Positions 32,223 to 42,140 of a stretch of DNA of 64,000 bases are shown here, piece by piece. The stretch covers positions 1,144 to 65,143 of the forward strand of contig CAZNCX010000001.1 of NCBI GenBank assembly GCA_964571655.1, read 5' to 3'. Every line of letters starts with the position of its first letter. The stretch's first letter is position 1. A model generated the notes under the pieces. It was not told the origin of the DNA. It ran no database searches and saw only the letters and a program-made list of their open reading frames with translations. The DNA comes from an uncultured Elusimicrobium sp. (GTDB taxonomy: Bacteria > Elusimicrobiota > Elusimicrobia > Elusimicrobiales > Elusimicrobiaceae). Made by a program: the position numbers and the translations under genes.

Positions 32223-33743
32223 TTATTTACTCTCCTTAAATATAGGTTTATATTCGTCTAAAACTGCTTTTATTTCTTTTTCCAGCTCTTCTGATATTAT
32301 GCCTTCTTTTGCAATACGCTCCAGCAGTTGCGGATATTTAGCGCGCACATATGTAAGCATTTTCTCCTGATAAACTAAAACGCTTTTGACCGCTATATCG
32401 TCTACATACCCATGCGTACCGGCAAATAGAACGAGCACCTGCTCCTGCACGAGCATAGGGTTGTACTGCGGTTGTATCAAAAGCTGTTTCATACGCTGGC
32501 CGCGCGCAAGCTGGGCCTGGGATTCTTTATCAAGTTCGCTGCCAAACTGCGCAAAACTCTCAAGCTCCTGATATTGGGCCAAATCTATCCTTAAAGTGCC
32601 GGCAACTTTGCGCATACTCTTCTTTTGTGCGCTGCCGCCGACGCGCGAGACGGAAAACCCTACGTCAATGGCGGGCTTGATGCCGCTTCTGAAAATATTA
32701 GAGTCTAAATAAATTTGCCCGTCGGTAATAGAAATTACGTTTGTGGGAATATAGGCCGAAATGTCGTTAGCCTGCGTCTCAATAATGGGCAGAGCCGTTA
32801 AAGAGCCCGCACCGTTTTTATCACTTAATTTACAGGCGCGCTCAAGCAGGCGGGAATGCAGATAAAATACGTCCCCCGGGTAAGCTTCCCTCCCTGGCGG
32901 CCTGCGCAGAAGCAGAGACATCTGGCGGTAAGCCTGCGCGTGTTTTGATAAATCGTCGTAAATAATCAAAACGTCTTTGCCCTGCCACATAAAATATTCG
33001 CCCATCGTGCAGCCGGCGTAAGGCGCGGCGTAAAGAAGCGAAGCCGGCTCAGAGGCGCAAGCCGCCACAACTATCGTATAAGGCATTGCGCCTTTATCTG
33101 TCAGAGTCTGGACCACCTGTGCCACCGTGCTTTGCTTTTGCCCTATTGCCACATAAATGCAAATTACGCCTTCGTTTTGCTGCTTTTGGTTGATAATGGC
33201 GTCAATGGCAATGGCTGTTTTGCCGGTTTGTCTGTCGCCTATAATAAGTTCTCTTTGCCCTTTGCCTATGGGGACCATAGCGTCAATAGCCTTAAGACCG
33301 GTTTGCAAAGGCTGCTTGACCTGCTGGCGTTCAATAACGCCCGGGGCTATTACTTCCATAGGACGGTACTCCGCGGCTTTAATAGGCTCTTTGCCGTCCA
33401 AAGGCTGGCCCAAAGGATCTACAACGCGGCCAAGTAAAGCTTCCCCCACGGGAATACTGATAACTTTGCCCGTTCTTTTTACGGTGTCTCCTTCTTTTAT
33501 ATCGGTATCCGGGCCCATTATGACGCAGCCTATATTGTCGTACTCAAGATTGAGCACCATGCCGCGCACGCCGTTTTGAAAATCCAATAATTCTCCGGAA
33601 ACAGCATTTTTGAGGCCGTAAATTCTTGCAATACCGTCGCCCACGCTGATTACCGTGCCAGTTTCGTTTATTTGGGAAGAAGGCACAAAATTTTCTATCT
33701 TCTCTTTTATTATAGAGGTTATTTCCTCCGGTCTTATAGCCAT
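32223..33743 (-). CDS. atpA: F1 ATP synthase subunit alpha
   Basis: 506-aa ORF with Walker A GDRQTGKT. Confidence 0.97.
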   Translation of the reverse strand: MAIRPEEITSIIKEKIENFVPSSQINETGTVISVGDGIARIYGLKNAVSGELLDFQNGVRGMVLNLEYDNIGCVIMGPDTDIKEGDTVKRTGKVISIPVGEALLGRVVDPLGQPLDGKEPIKAAEYRPMEVIAPGVIERQQVKQPLQTGLKAIDAMVPIGKGQRELIIGDRQTGKTAIAIDAIINQKQQNEGVICIYVAIGQKQSTVAQVVQTLTDKGAMPYTIVVAACASEPASLLYAAPYAGCTMGEYFMWQGKDVLIIYDDLSKHAQAYRQMSLLLRRPPGREAYPGDVFYLHSRLLERACKLSDKNGAGSLTALPIIETQANDISAYIPTNVISITDGQIYLDSNIFRSGIKPAIDVGFSVSRVGGSAQKKSMRKVAGTLRIDLAQYQELESFAQFGSELDKESQAQLARGQRMKQLLIQPQYNPMLVQEQVLVLFAGTHGYVDDIAVKSVLVYQEKMLTYVRAKYPQLLERIAKEGIISEELEKEIKAVLDEYKPIFKESK

Positions 33744-33752
33744 AACTCTTAT

Positions 33753-34280
33753 TTACCTTTCCATTAAGTTTTTTGTAAGCTGTTTTATCCTGCCCTGCGC
33801 GCTTGCGTCAATCAAAATATCCCCCCGCCTTATTACAAGCCCGCCGAGCAGGGTTTTATCTTCCTCAAAATCTAAGGCCGCTTTGGCGTTAAAATAGGAG
33901 GATAAAGCTTTTTCAAGCGCTTTTTTCTCCGCGTCCTTAAGAGCGCCGTAAGAACTTACCTTTACCCTTGTAACGCCGTTTCTCTTATCAAGCAAAGCGC
34001 TTAGCTGCTTAAGTATTAAGGCGGATAAATCAAAGCGTTTTGCGTCAACTAATATCTTTATAAAAGCGGCCGCTTTGTTTTTAGCGAGAATTTTGGCAAG
34101 GATATCATCTTTAACTTCATTTGAAATAACGGGGCTCAATAGATACTGCCCCGCGTCTTTAAGCGCAAGCAGAGCCTGCTCCAAATGTTGATAATTTGAG
34201 GCGGCTTCTTTTGCGTCTTCAGCCAAAGCGTCGTAAGCTAAAGCGTACCTTTGCGCTAAAACAAGACTGTTTGCCTTCAT
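33753..34280 (-). CDS. atpH: F1 ATP synthase subunit delta (OSCP)
   Basis: 175-aa ORF between atpF and atpA with a delta-like C-terminus (GGLVIRRGDILIDASAQGRI). Confidence 0.9.
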   Translation of the reverse strand: MKANSLVLAQRYALAYDALAEDAKEAASNYQHLEQALLALKDAGQYLLSPVISNEVKDDILAKILAKNKAAAFIKILVDAKRFDLSALILKQLSALLDKRNGVTRVKVSSYGALKDAEKKALEKALSSYFNAKAALDFEEDKTLLGGLVIRRGDILIDASAQGRIKQLTKNLMER

Positions 34281-34771
34281 TTGCTTTTTATATCCTTAAG
34301 TAAATCTTCAACCAAACGCGAGCCTGCTTTTGCATCGGGCTCTTTGCCGATAACTTTTTTGACGGCAAGCATGGTCAAGTCAACAATATCTTTACGGGCG
34401 GCGTCCAAAGCTTTTTGTGTCTGCGCGGTAATTTGCCGATGCGCCTGCTCAACAAGGTTTTGCGCGCTGTCTTTGGCTTCCTGTAAGATACGCTGCCGCT
34501 CGCTCTCGCCTAAGGCGGAAGCTTCCTGCAGTTTAGCCGCGCTTTGCCTGCTTATATCGTCAAGGTGCGTCTGTAATTCTTCTTTAATCTTTTGGGCTTC
34601 GTCTTTGGCCTGCTGTGCGCTTTGCACGTCGTTTGCTATTTTTCTTTCTCTGGCCTCAAGCGCTCTTATAACAGGCTTCCATGCGAATTTGGCCAACAGA
34701 AAAGCCAAAATAGCAAAGTTAACTATGGTCCAAAAGATTAACCCGACCTCGGGCTTTAATAAAGCGTCCAT
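34277..34771 (-). CDS. atpF: Fo ATP synthase subunit b
   Basis: 164-aa ORF with a single N-terminal TM helix followed by a long charged helix. Confidence 0.9.
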   Translation of the reverse strand: MDALLKPEVGLIFWTIVNFAILAFLLAKFAWKPVIRALEARERKIANDVQSAQQAKDEAQKIKEELQTHLDDISRQSAAKLQEASALGESERQRILQEAKDSAQNLVEQAHRQITAQTQKALDAARKDIVDLTMLAVKKVIGKEPDAKAGSRLVEDLLKDIKSK

Positions 34772-34772
34772 A

Positions 34773-34994
34773 CTATAACATCATAAAGCAGATTACCAGC
34801 GAGAAAAAGGCCACGCCTTCAATGAAAGCCGCACCGATAATCATGGTAAGCTGGGCCATTTTGCCCGCTTCGGGCTGACGGCCGGTTGCTTCAAGAGCGG
34901 CGGCGCCTATCTTACCGATGCCGATTGCCGCCCCTATAACAGAAAGCCCCGCACCTAAACCTGCTGCGACATATTTTATTACTTCCATTCCCAT
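34773..34994 (-). CDS. atpE: Fo ATP synthase subunit c
   Basis: 73-aa hairpin protein with the GRQPE loop and a carboxylate in helix 2 (AFIEGVAFF). Confidence 0.93.
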   Translation of the reverse strand: MGMEVIKYVAAGLGAGLSVIGAAIGIGKIGAAALEATGRQPEAGKMAQLTMIIGAAFIEGVAFFSLVICFMML

Positions 34995-35022
34995 AATATT
35001 TCCTCCTTAACTTTTTTTAATC

Positions 35023-35769
35023 TTAATGCTGATGCATCTGCAAACCCGCAAATATCGCGGTAAGCAAAGTAAAAACATACGCCTGTATGGCTGCAACAAG
35101 CAGTTCCAAAAGGCTTACAAAAAGAGTCATGCCTAAAACAGGGGCGGCCGTGCCGTAACCGGCTATCAAGCTTTTTTCCCCCATAACAAATATAAAGGAA
35201 AACAAAGCTATTAAGACTATATGCCCCGCCGTCATATTGGCAAAAAGACGAACGGCCAATACAAAAATTTTAATTAAAAGCCCCAAAATTTCTATAGGGA
35301 AAAGCAAAGGAACAAGCCAAAAAGGCACACCGCTAGGAATAAAAGTTTTAATGCTGCCCAAAAGGCCGTTCTTCTTCATACTGAGGCCCATAATCACAAA
35401 AAAGCTTACAAGAGCCATACCGCCGGTAATTGAAATATTTGAGGTTATTGTCTTCCCTCCGGGCAACATGCCAAAATAATTGGCAAATAATAAAAATATC
35501 AAAAGAGTACAGAAAAACGGCACTAATTTGCGGCCCTCTTTGCCTATATTGGGCAGGACGATGCCGTCCCTGACAAACACCACAAAACCCTCTATAGCCG
35601 TGCGACACAGGCGCCAATTGCTCTTCCACGCCAGAGGGATAAGAATTAAGAGAATAAGCGAAATTGCAAACATTAAAAGAGAGTGGGATGTTACCGGTAA
35701 ATGCACCCCAAAGAGAGTGAGGCCGAAATCATGATCTAAAATATGATGTTCTATAAGTTCCGTAATCAT
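35023..35769 (-). CDS. atpB: Fo ATP synthase subunit a
   Basis: 248-aa polytopic ORF with the essential-Arg motif LAVRLFANMTAGH. Confidence 0.93.
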   Translation of the reverse strand: MITELIEHHILDHDFGLTLFGVHLPVTSHSLLMFAISLILLILIPLAWKSNWRLCRTAIEGFVVFVRDGIVLPNIGKEGRKLVPFFCTLLIFLLFANYFGMLPGGKTITSNISITGGMALVSFFVIMGLSMKKNGLLGSIKTFIPSGVPFWLVPLLFPIEILGLLIKIFVLAVRLFANMTAGHIVLIALFSFIFVMGEKSLIAGYGTAAPVLGMTLFVSLLELLVAAIQAYVFTLLTAIFAGLQMHQH

Positions 35770-36011
35770 TTTTTATCTTCTGTTTTTTGCGGTGAAGGCT
35801 TTTGTTTTTTAAGCTGATTTACTGCGGCGCGCGCGGTCTTTACCATTAAGTACAGCCCGAAAGAAAACCCGCAAACGCTGCCGCAGATAATAAACAGCGG
35901 ATACGAATTAAATTTAGCGTCAAGCCACTTGCCGGCCAAAAGGCCCAGCAACATCACGGCGGCAAATTGCACGCCAAGACCAGACGCTAATAAAAAATCG
36001 TGCTTCTTCAT
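35766..36011 (-). CDS. AtpI/AtpZ-like small membrane protein preceding atpB
   Basis: The track ORF extends to 36209. I prefer the internal ATG at 36011 (MKKHDFLLASGLGVQFAAVMLLGLLAGKWLD...), which gives 81 aa and two TM helices. It has a 4-nt overlap with atpB. Confidence 0.6.
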   Translation of the reverse strand: MKKHDFLLASGLGVQFAAVMLLGLLAGKWLDAKFNSYPLFIICGSVCGFSFGLYLMVKTARAAVNQLKKQKPSPQKTEDKK

Positions 36012-36125
36012 ATACCCCCGACCGCAAAAGGCGGTATATCTATATAATATAATATTTTCCCCGCCTTGGGGCAAAACGTTATTTTCCAGAAGTAAATTAC
36101 CCCTAAAACAAAGACTTGCGCTAAA

Positions 36126-36134
36126 TGCTATAAT
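36126..36134 (+). promoter_or_regulatory. extended -10 element TGcTATAAT for the GH13 gene
   Basis: TGCTATAAT lies about 20 nt upstream of the candidate start codons. There is no well-spaced -35. Confidence 0.35.
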
Positions 36135-36155
36135 GGGAACATAGGGGTGATGATT

Positions 36156-37625
36156 ATGAGAAACAATCCTCATATTCTGGAAATTGGCGCGCATATCTGG
36201 CTTAAACAAATAGAGGCCGAAACAGGTTCTTTTAAGACTTTTGATAAAATTCCGCAGGAATATCTGCAGGAAGTAAAAGACTTAAAATTTGACGCCGTTT
36301 GGCTTATGGGCGTTTGGCAGGAAAGCCCCGAAAGCCGCCGCATCGCACGCGAAGATAAAGATATAAACAATTATTTAGCGTCTGTGCGTCCCGATTATAA
36401 TAAAGAAGATATTATAGGCTCCCAATACTCTATTTACGACTACCGCGTAAACGATAAATTTGGCGGGGACGCGGCTTTGCTCGCCTTAAAAAAACGGTTT
36501 AACGATTTGGGCATCGCCCTTATTTTGGACTTTGCCGGCAATCATTTATCCTTAGACCACCCGCTTACCTTATCGGACCCTGATATTTTTATAAATCTGG
36601 GGAGAGAGCCTTCTCCCGAAGAAAAACCTTTCTTTTTCAAGACTAAAGAAGGCCGCTGGCTGGCCTACGGCAGGGATCCCCATTTTCCCTCATGGACAGA
36701 CAGCGTCCAAATAAATTATTTCAGCCCCAAGGCGCGTAAATTTCTTATGGACACTCTTATGAAAATAGTGCCTCTATGCGACGGGCTGCGCTGCGATATG
36801 GTAATGCTCGTTTTGAATAATATGTTCAAAAAAGCATGGGGCAAATATATAAAAGAGCCCCTGCCGCAGGAAGAATTTTGGACACAGGCTATTAAAAAAA
36901 TAAAAAGTGAAAATCAGCGCTTTGTCTTTATAGCCGAAGTTTATTGGGGCCTTGAGTGGGAAGTGCAGGAACAGGGCTTTGATTATACTTACGATAAAAT
37001 ACTTTACGACCGCCTTTTAGGCTCCTGCGCGCAGGATATACAGGGCCACTTAAACGCAGAACATCTTTATCAAAAACGCTCTATACGCTTTATTGCAAAT
37101 CACGACGAAGAATCCCCCCTGGCAGCTTTTGGGAAAGAAAAATCTATGGCCGCCTCCGCCATAATTTCAACGATAGACGGCGCAAGACTTTTTACGGCGG
37201 CTCAACTCTACGGCGCAAAGAGGCGCCTTCCCATACAATATATTCCGGCCGATAAAGTTATAGACGAAAATAATTTTAGTTTTTATAAAAAACTTTTAGA
37301 TATAACAAACCACCCGTGTTTCCACGGCGGACAGTGGGGCTTAAAAACCGTCAAACCGATAGACGAAAACGATAATGGCTATAAAAATATTTTGGCGTGG
37401 AGATGGCTCCAGTTTACGACGGCAAAACTTGTTTTGATAAATTACTCTCCTCAAATTTCGCGATGTATTTTGCCTCTGGAAAAACTGCCGGAAAAAGAAA
37501 AGTTTTTACTTGCCGAGGAAATCAGCGGTTTTGCCAAAGAACTTGACACGGAAAAAGTGAAAAAAGAAGGCGTTATCTTAGATTTCGCGCCCTACGAAGT
37601 AAAAATAATTTCGCACGATCTATAA
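36156..37625 (+). CDS. alpha-amylase-family (GH13-like) glycoside hydrolase, cytoplasmic
   Basis: The four GH13 conserved regions are visible (DFAGNH; GLRCDMVM; FIAEVYW; FIANHDE) and there is no signal peptide. The start is ambiguous (GTG 36147, ATG 36150, ATG 36156). Confidence 0.75.
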   Translation: MRNNPHILEIGAHIWLKQIEAETGSFKTFDKIPQEYLQEVKDLKFDAVWLMGVWQESPESRRIAREDKDINNYLASVRPDYNKEDIIGSQYSIYDYRVNDKFGGDAALLALKKRFNDLGIALILDFAGNHLSLDHPLTLSDPDIFINLGREPSPEEKPFFFKTKEGRWLAYGRDPHFPSWTDSVQINYFSPKARKFLMDTLMKIVPLCDGLRCDMVMLVLNNMFKKAWGKYIKEPLPQEEFWTQAIKKIKSENQRFVFIAEVYWGLEWEVQEQGFDYTYDKILYDRLLGSCAQDIQGHLNAEHLYQKRSIRFIANHDEESPLAAFGKEKSMAASAIISTIDGARLFTAAQLYGAKRRLPIQYIPADKVIDENNFSFYKKLLDITNHPCFHGGQWGLKTVKPIDENDNGYKNILAWRWLQFTTAKLVLINYSPQISRCILPLEKLPEKEKFLLAEEISGFAKELDTEKVKKEGVILDFAPYEVKIISHDL

Positions 37626-37747
37626 ATATCGCTGCCGCTCACTATACCGCGCCTTTGCTTTTGACGAGCAAAGGCGTCTTTTTTATAAAGTTTACGTCTG
37701 AGTTAAAGAAATTTATTTGCGGTAAAACTAAATGTTATAATACTTCT

Positions 37748-38686
37748 ATGACGGAAAAAACAAAAAAACCTCTGGCTCTTGTTTTCGCGGCCGACGATAA
37801 AACGACCTTTGCCCTTGCCTGCGCGCTGCTAAGCTTAAAAGAAAATTCCCCCCTCCTTTTTAATAAAGCCGATTTTTTTGTTTATACACAAGATATTTCA
37901 GACGAAAATAAGCTTGCTTTGCAAAAAATTGCAAACCTTAACTTTCTTACTTTTAAGCTGCCGTTTAATCCCTCTGAAATTAAAACTTTGGGGATTTACA
38001 CCGTCCTTACAATGGCAAGGTATGAAATGTTTTTTCTTCTTGACGACTATAAGCAGGCCCTTTGGCTTGATACCGATATCTTAGTGCAGGGCGAGCTTGA
38101 GCCTGTTTTATCTTACAATCAAAGCGGGATTGCCCTTGCAAAAGACGGTAACGCACTTGCCGCCAATTTTTTTGCGCGGCCGACGGGAGCTTTTGATATG
38201 AGCGCACCTAATTACAATGTAGGCGTATTTTTATTAAACGATACTCTGCCTTCTTACAGGCAAATTGCCGCGTGGTGTTACGAACAGACAAAAATTTTAT
38301 CCTCCGTCTTAAACTGGATAGATCAGGCCGTCTTAAATCTTGCTTTGCAGGAATTTTCTTTAATTCCGTGCGAAATTGAACGTAAATATAACAGCAATCC
38401 GTTCAGCAGTTCGGTAAAAATAAAAGACGCCGTACTTTTACATTGCGCCGGCCCGAATAAATTTTGGAATAATTTTGAGCTGCCTTACTGGTCAAAATTG
38501 TATAATAAATGGCTGGCTTTGGGCGGGTCCCCAAAACCCGCTCAAAAAACCGCTTTATTAAACAAATGTTTGTTTAAGTTTAAGCTCTTTATAGAAAAAG
38601 TGCCCTTTTTATGGGATATTTTCGTATATTTTAATAAGAAACGCTTTCAAGCGCATTTCAAGCGTGATATAAGCAAACTGGGATAA
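37748..38686 (+). CDS. family-8 glycosyltransferase (LPS/LOS glycosyltransferase-like)
   Basis: The track starts at 37655; I prefer the ATG at 37748 (MTEKTKKPLALVFAADDK). Motifs: DxD (LWLDTDILV) and the GT8 motif HCAGPNKFW. Confidence 0.75.
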   Translation: MTEKTKKPLALVFAADDKTTFALACALLSLKENSPLLFNKADFFVYTQDISDENKLALQKIANLNFLTFKLPFNPSEIKTLGIYTVLTMARYEMFFLLDDYKQALWLDTDILVQGELEPVLSYNQSGIALAKDGNALAANFFARPTGAFDMSAPNYNVGVFLLNDTLPSYRQIAAWCYEQTKILSSVLNWIDQAVLNLALQEFSLIPCEIERKYNSNPFSSSVKIKDAVLLHCAGPNKFWNNFELPYWSKLYNKWLALGGSPKPAQKTALLNKCLFKFKLFIEKVPFLWDIFVYFNKKRFQAHFKRDISKLG

Positions 38687-38689
38687 AAA

Positions 38690-39655
38690 ATGGAACAAAA
38701 ACTTTTAATTGCAGGCCTTTTGGCCTTTATTTTTACTTTAATTTCAAAATGTTTGCGCAAAAAAGGCTTTTTGCTGGCAAAAAAGAAAATGTATTTTTGG
38801 ACGCTTATTGCCGTGCTTTTAGGCGCTTTTATCGCCTATTTTTTACTTGATTTTATGGCAAAAAACGGAATACAGGGCGGCATATCTTCCTCCACCACGG
38901 CTATTATCGCTGCGGCTGCTTTGGGGATTATTGTATTCTATTTCGCCAGAATAAAAAAGGGGGACGAAGGCTCGCTAAAAGTATATTTATCCGTCATAGA
39001 CTGGGCTGAGACTGTCTATTTTGCCGCATTTTTTGCCTCTTTTGTAATGTTTTTCTTTGCGCAGGCTTTTAAGATACCTTCGGCCTCTATGCGCAATACT
39101 TTGCTTGAAGGCGATAACCTCTTTGTAAATAAGATAACCTATGGGGCGCGGCTGCCTTTTGCGGAGAAAAAATTTCTCAAGATTAACGATATTAAGAGAG
39201 GGGATATTATTGTCTTCTCTTTTCCGGCAAAAGATAAAAATCAAATTAACTGCGGCGAATCCCAATACGGCAGGGAATTTGTAAAGCGCATAGTAGGCTT
39301 GCCGGGAGAAACCGTTGAAGTAAGAAACAAACAGGTCTTTATAGACGGCAAACCCCTCCCGCAGCAGCCCTACGAGCTTTATATTGACCATGCGCGCACT
39401 GAACAGCTTATGCCTCTTACACAGGAACAATATCAGCAAATTTGGGAAAACCGCGAGCTTGAAAAGTATTTCGGCCTTTATTTAAGAGATTATTTTGGCC
39501 CCGTAACTATTCCGCAGGGCTCTTATTTGGCTATGGGAGACAACAGGGACGCTTCCTGTGATTCCCGCTTTTGGGGCCCCGTGCCGGAGAAAAATATTAA
39601 GGGTAAAGCTTGGTTTAGACACTGGCCTTTGTCCCGCGCGGGGTTTATAAAATAA
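38690..39655 (+). CDS. lepB: signal peptidase I with extended multi-TM N-terminus
   Basis: 321-aa ORF with the catalytic Ser box SASMRNTL, Lys box KRIVGLPGE, and GDNRDASCDSRFWGPV. Confidence 0.92.
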   Translation: MEQKLLIAGLLAFIFTLISKCLRKKGFLLAKKKMYFWTLIAVLLGAFIAYFLLDFMAKNGIQGGISSSTTAIIAAAALGIIVFYFARIKKGDEGSLKVYLSVIDWAETVYFAAFFASFVMFFFAQAFKIPSASMRNTLLEGDNLFVNKITYGARLPFAEKKFLKINDIKRGDIIVFSFPAKDKNQINCGESQYGREFVKRIVGLPGETVEVRNKQVFIDGKPLPQQPYELYIDHARTEQLMPLTQEQYQQIWENRELEKYFGLYLRDYFGPVTIPQGSYLAMGDNRDASCDSRFWGPVPEKNIKGKAWFRHWPLSRAGFIK

Positions 39656-39731
39656 CCGTTTTTTAACGCTTTTACGACGTAGAACTGCCTATAAACTGTA
39701 ATAGAACCTCTGTTATCAGCGCGGGATAAAT

Positions 39732-39749
39732 AGTTTTCACGTGAAAACT
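39732..39749. promoter_or_regulatory. parS-like centromere palindrome 1 (AGTTTTCACGTGAAAACT)
   Basis: 18-bp perfect palindrome whose core TTTTCACGTGAAAA differs from the canonical GTTTCACGTGAAAC by one symmetric change. It is nested inside an outer inverted repeat, GGGATAAA (39723-39730) / TTTATCCC (39763-39770), followed by a T-run. The structure could double as the lepB terminator. Confidence 0.7.
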
Positions 39750-39827
39750 TTGCCGTGTTTATTTTATCCCTTTTTAATAAACAAACCCGTATAAACCGCG
39801 CGGCATCTTTATTATAATCCGCCTGCT

Positions 39828-39851
39828 TTTAGTTTTCACGTGAAAACTAAA
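39828..39851. promoter_or_regulatory. parS-like centromere palindrome 2 (24-bp perfect palindrome TTTAGTTTTCACGTGAAAACTAAA)
   Basis: It has the same 18-bp core as site 1, located 99 bp downstream and about 115 bp upstream of the parA start. Confidence 0.7.
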
Positions 39852-39910
39852 TTTATTTGTTTTACCAAATGTTTTTTTCTTTTTTACTAAAAGTGGTCTT
39901 TGTGTGTCCA

Positions 39911-39940
39911 TTGACTTGATATCTGCCTTTTTACTATAAT
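39911..39940 (+). promoter_or_regulatory. sigma70-type promoter of parAB
   Basis: TTGACT-18 nt-TATAAT, followed by an AAAGGAGG SD and the ATG at 39966. Confidence 0.55.
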
Positions 39941-39965
39941 TTATAAGTCATTAAAGGAGGGTTTA

Positions 39966-40799
39966 ATGGGCGAAATTGTTTGTATAGCAAATCAAAAAGG
40001 CGGCGTAGGTAAAACTACTTCCGCCGTCAATCTGGCCTATGGTTTAGCATATTTGGGGCAGGAGATTTTGCTCGTTGATTTTGACCCTCAAAGCAATGCT
40101 ACAAGCGGGCTTGGCATAAATCTTAAGAAAGAAGATAAATCTGTTTATCATCTTATTACAAAAACCGCTGTCCTTAACGATGTTATACGGCAGACCAGTA
40201 ATGAGCTGCTTGATATACTGCCCGCCAGCAAAGATCTTGCCGGCGCGGAAGTGGAGCTGGTAAATATTCCCTCAAGGGAGAAGGTGTTAAAAGAGGTTTT
40301 GGATCCCATTAAAAAGATGTATGACTTTATTATTATAGACTGTCCCCCCTCTTTAAGTCTGTTAACGGTAAACGCCCTTGTCGCAGCAGACAGCGTTATT
40401 ACTCCTATACAGTGTCAATATTATGCCATTGAAGGTCTGGCCCACTTTATCAGCACTACCGGTAAAATTAAACAATTTTTAAGCCCGCAGTTGAAAATAG
40501 ACGGCGGAATCCTTACTATGTACGACGGCAGGCTTAATTTAGCAAATCAGGTAAAAGAAGAAGTGTCAAAATATTACGGTGATAAAGTTTATAAGACGGC
40601 TATTCCCACAAATATCCGTCTTGCCGAAGCGCCTAGCTTCGGCCAAAGTATTTTTGAATATGACCCCGCATGCCGCGGCGCCTTGGCGTACCTTGACTTA
40701 GCAATAGAATTTCTAGTACGCCGCGGTGCAGATCCCAAAGACTATCAAAATGTCAACAGCGCGGCGGCGGAAACGGTCAATTTTGATTTTGGGGGGTAG
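39966..40799 (+). CDS. parA: chromosome partitioning ATPase ParA/Soj
   Basis: 277-aa ORF with the deviant Walker A KGGVGKTT. Confidence 0.95.
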   Translation: MGEIVCIANQKGGVGKTTSAVNLAYGLAYLGQEILLVDFDPQSNATSGLGINLKKEDKSVYHLITKTAVLNDVIRQTSNELLDILPASKDLAGAEVELVNIPSREKVLKEVLDPIKKMYDFIIIDCPPSLSLLTVNALVAADSVITPIQCQYYAIEGLAHFISTTGKIKQFLSPQLKIDGGILTMYDGRLNLANQVKEEVSKYYGDKVYKTAIPTNIRLAEAPSFGQSIFEYDPACRGALAYLDLAIEFLVRRGADPKDYQNVNSAAAETVNFDFGG

Positions 40800-40801
40800 T
40801 T

Positions 40802-41665
40802 ATGAGACAGGCTTTAGGCAAAGGGTTAGACGCCCTTTTAAGCGGCGCGACCTCTTATCAGGAAGGGGGGGGAAATAAACAAAACATTCAAAAAGTCCCT
40901 CTTGATAAGATTATTCCAAACCGCTATCAGCCGCGCAAAAACTTTAATGAAGAAAGCTTAAAAGAGCTTGCTTCCTCTATACAAAAGCACGGGCTTACGC
41001 AGCCGATAGTCGTTGCTTACGACGGCGGGCTTGATAAGTATGAAATTATCGTCGGAGAAAGGCGCTTTAGAGCTTCCCAAATGGCAAATCTTGGGGAAAT
41101 TGATTGTATAGTACATAATAATATAGAAGAAAAACAGCTCTGTGCGCTCGCCCTTATAGAGAATATACAAAGAGAAAATCTAAATCCTATAGAAACCGCT
41201 TTGGGATACAAAAATCTGATGCAAAAATTTCACGTTTCTCAAGCGGAAATAGGGGAATATTGCGGCAAATCAAAAGCGGCTGTTTCAAATTCTTTAAGGC
41301 TGCTTTCCCTCTCTGAGAATATGCAAAAAAGCATTGCCGAAAACGATATCAGCGAAGGACATGCCCGCACTCTTCTTATGCTTCCGGAAGGGCTTAAGAG
41401 AGAAGCCCTGTACAGAAAGATTGTTTATCTGCAAATGTCGGTAAGACAGGCCGAAAAAGCGGCTAAGAATATGCTTGAGCCTAAATCTCAAAAAAGGCCC
41501 CAAAAATCGGCAGATATTCTTGCCTTTGAGGAGTCTTTGGAGCAGGCTTTAGGCACTAAAGTTGAGCTTACTTATAGGCAAAACGAAAAGAAAGGCGTTT
41601 TGGTTATACATTATAATTCGCTTGAACAGCTTGAAGTTATAGCAGATAAATTAAGCAGAATCTAA
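40802..41665 (+). CDS. parB: chromosome partitioning protein ParB/Spo0J
   Basis: 287-aa ORF with the ParB box (IIVGERRFRA) and an HTH region. Confidence 0.95.
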   Translation: MRQALGKGLDALLSGATSYQEGGGNKQNIQKVPLDKIIPNRYQPRKNFNEESLKELASSIQKHGLTQPIVVAYDGGLDKYEIIVGERRFRASQMANLGEIDCIVHNNIEEKQLCALALIENIQRENLNPIETALGYKNLMQKFHVSQAEIGEYCGKSKAAVSNSLRLLSLSENMQKSIAENDISEGHARTLLMLPEGLKREALYRKIVYLQMSVRQAEKAAKNMLEPKSQKRPQKSADILAFEESLEQALGTKVELTYRQNEKKGVLVIHYNSLEQLEVIADKLSRI

Positions 41666-41682
41666 AAACTTAAGTTCCCTTA

Positions 41683-41717
41683 AAAATCCGTCCGCTTTTT
41701 ATGCGTGCGGATTTTTT
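41683..41717 (+). terminator. intrinsic terminator after parB
   Basis: AAAATCCG...CGGATTTT stem with an internally pairing loop, followed by a T6 run. Confidence 0.55.
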
Positions 41718-41961
41718 GCTTTATAAATCCTTTTGCGCCTTTATTTTTAACACTGAAAAGTATTTTTTTAGTGCGAAATCTTATTAAAAAGCCTTTCCTT
41801 TATATCTCCCGCAAAATCTCAGACGATAAAAAAGTAAAATTGCGTTAAATTGCGCTTAATTTAATTTATTTTACATAAAAGAACTTTCCCCGCAGGAAAA
41901 CCTAAAAAGCCGCTAAAATCGCTGTTTTTGCTCAAAAAAGGCCTTTTTTATGCTTTCGGAA

Positions 41962-42006
41962 CAAAAAAATAAGCGCTTCTGCGCATTTTTGCGCGCCCAC
42001 GCTTAT
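41962..42006 (-). terminator. intrinsic terminator downstream of the rubredoxin gene
   Basis: The reverse strand reads ATAAGCG-(24 nt containing GCGC..GCGC)-CGCTTAT followed by T7. Confidence 0.5.
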
Positions 42007-42140
42007 TTTAAGGCAAAGACTGCTTTTTTTGCTTTTTTATAAAAGTTAGTTAAACTAACTTTATCAAACGCCTGCACTTTTTCAAAATATTTTAAGCTGT
42101 CTTAAAGCAAATCTAAAACTCGCAGGCGGAATTTACCCGT

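Noticed and set aside
34281-34778. 165-aa plus-strand ORF covering all of atpF in antisense
   Set aside because: The minus-strand frame gives a textbook subunit b in perfect operon context. The antisense product is Cys/Ser/Ala-rich nonsense.
34773-34994. Na+-translocating c-subunit signature
   Set aside because: Helix 2 reads AFIEGVAFF, with no Ser/Thr after the Glu. Helix 1 lacks the Gln of the Na+-binding motif. It is therefore an ordinary H+-type c-subunit as far as sequence shows.
39732-39851. Repeated palindromes as a possible mini-CRISPR or REP array
   Set aside because: There are only two copies. Each is a perfect palindrome with the CACGTG parS core, directly upstream of parAB. There are no cas genes and no spacer-like periodicity.
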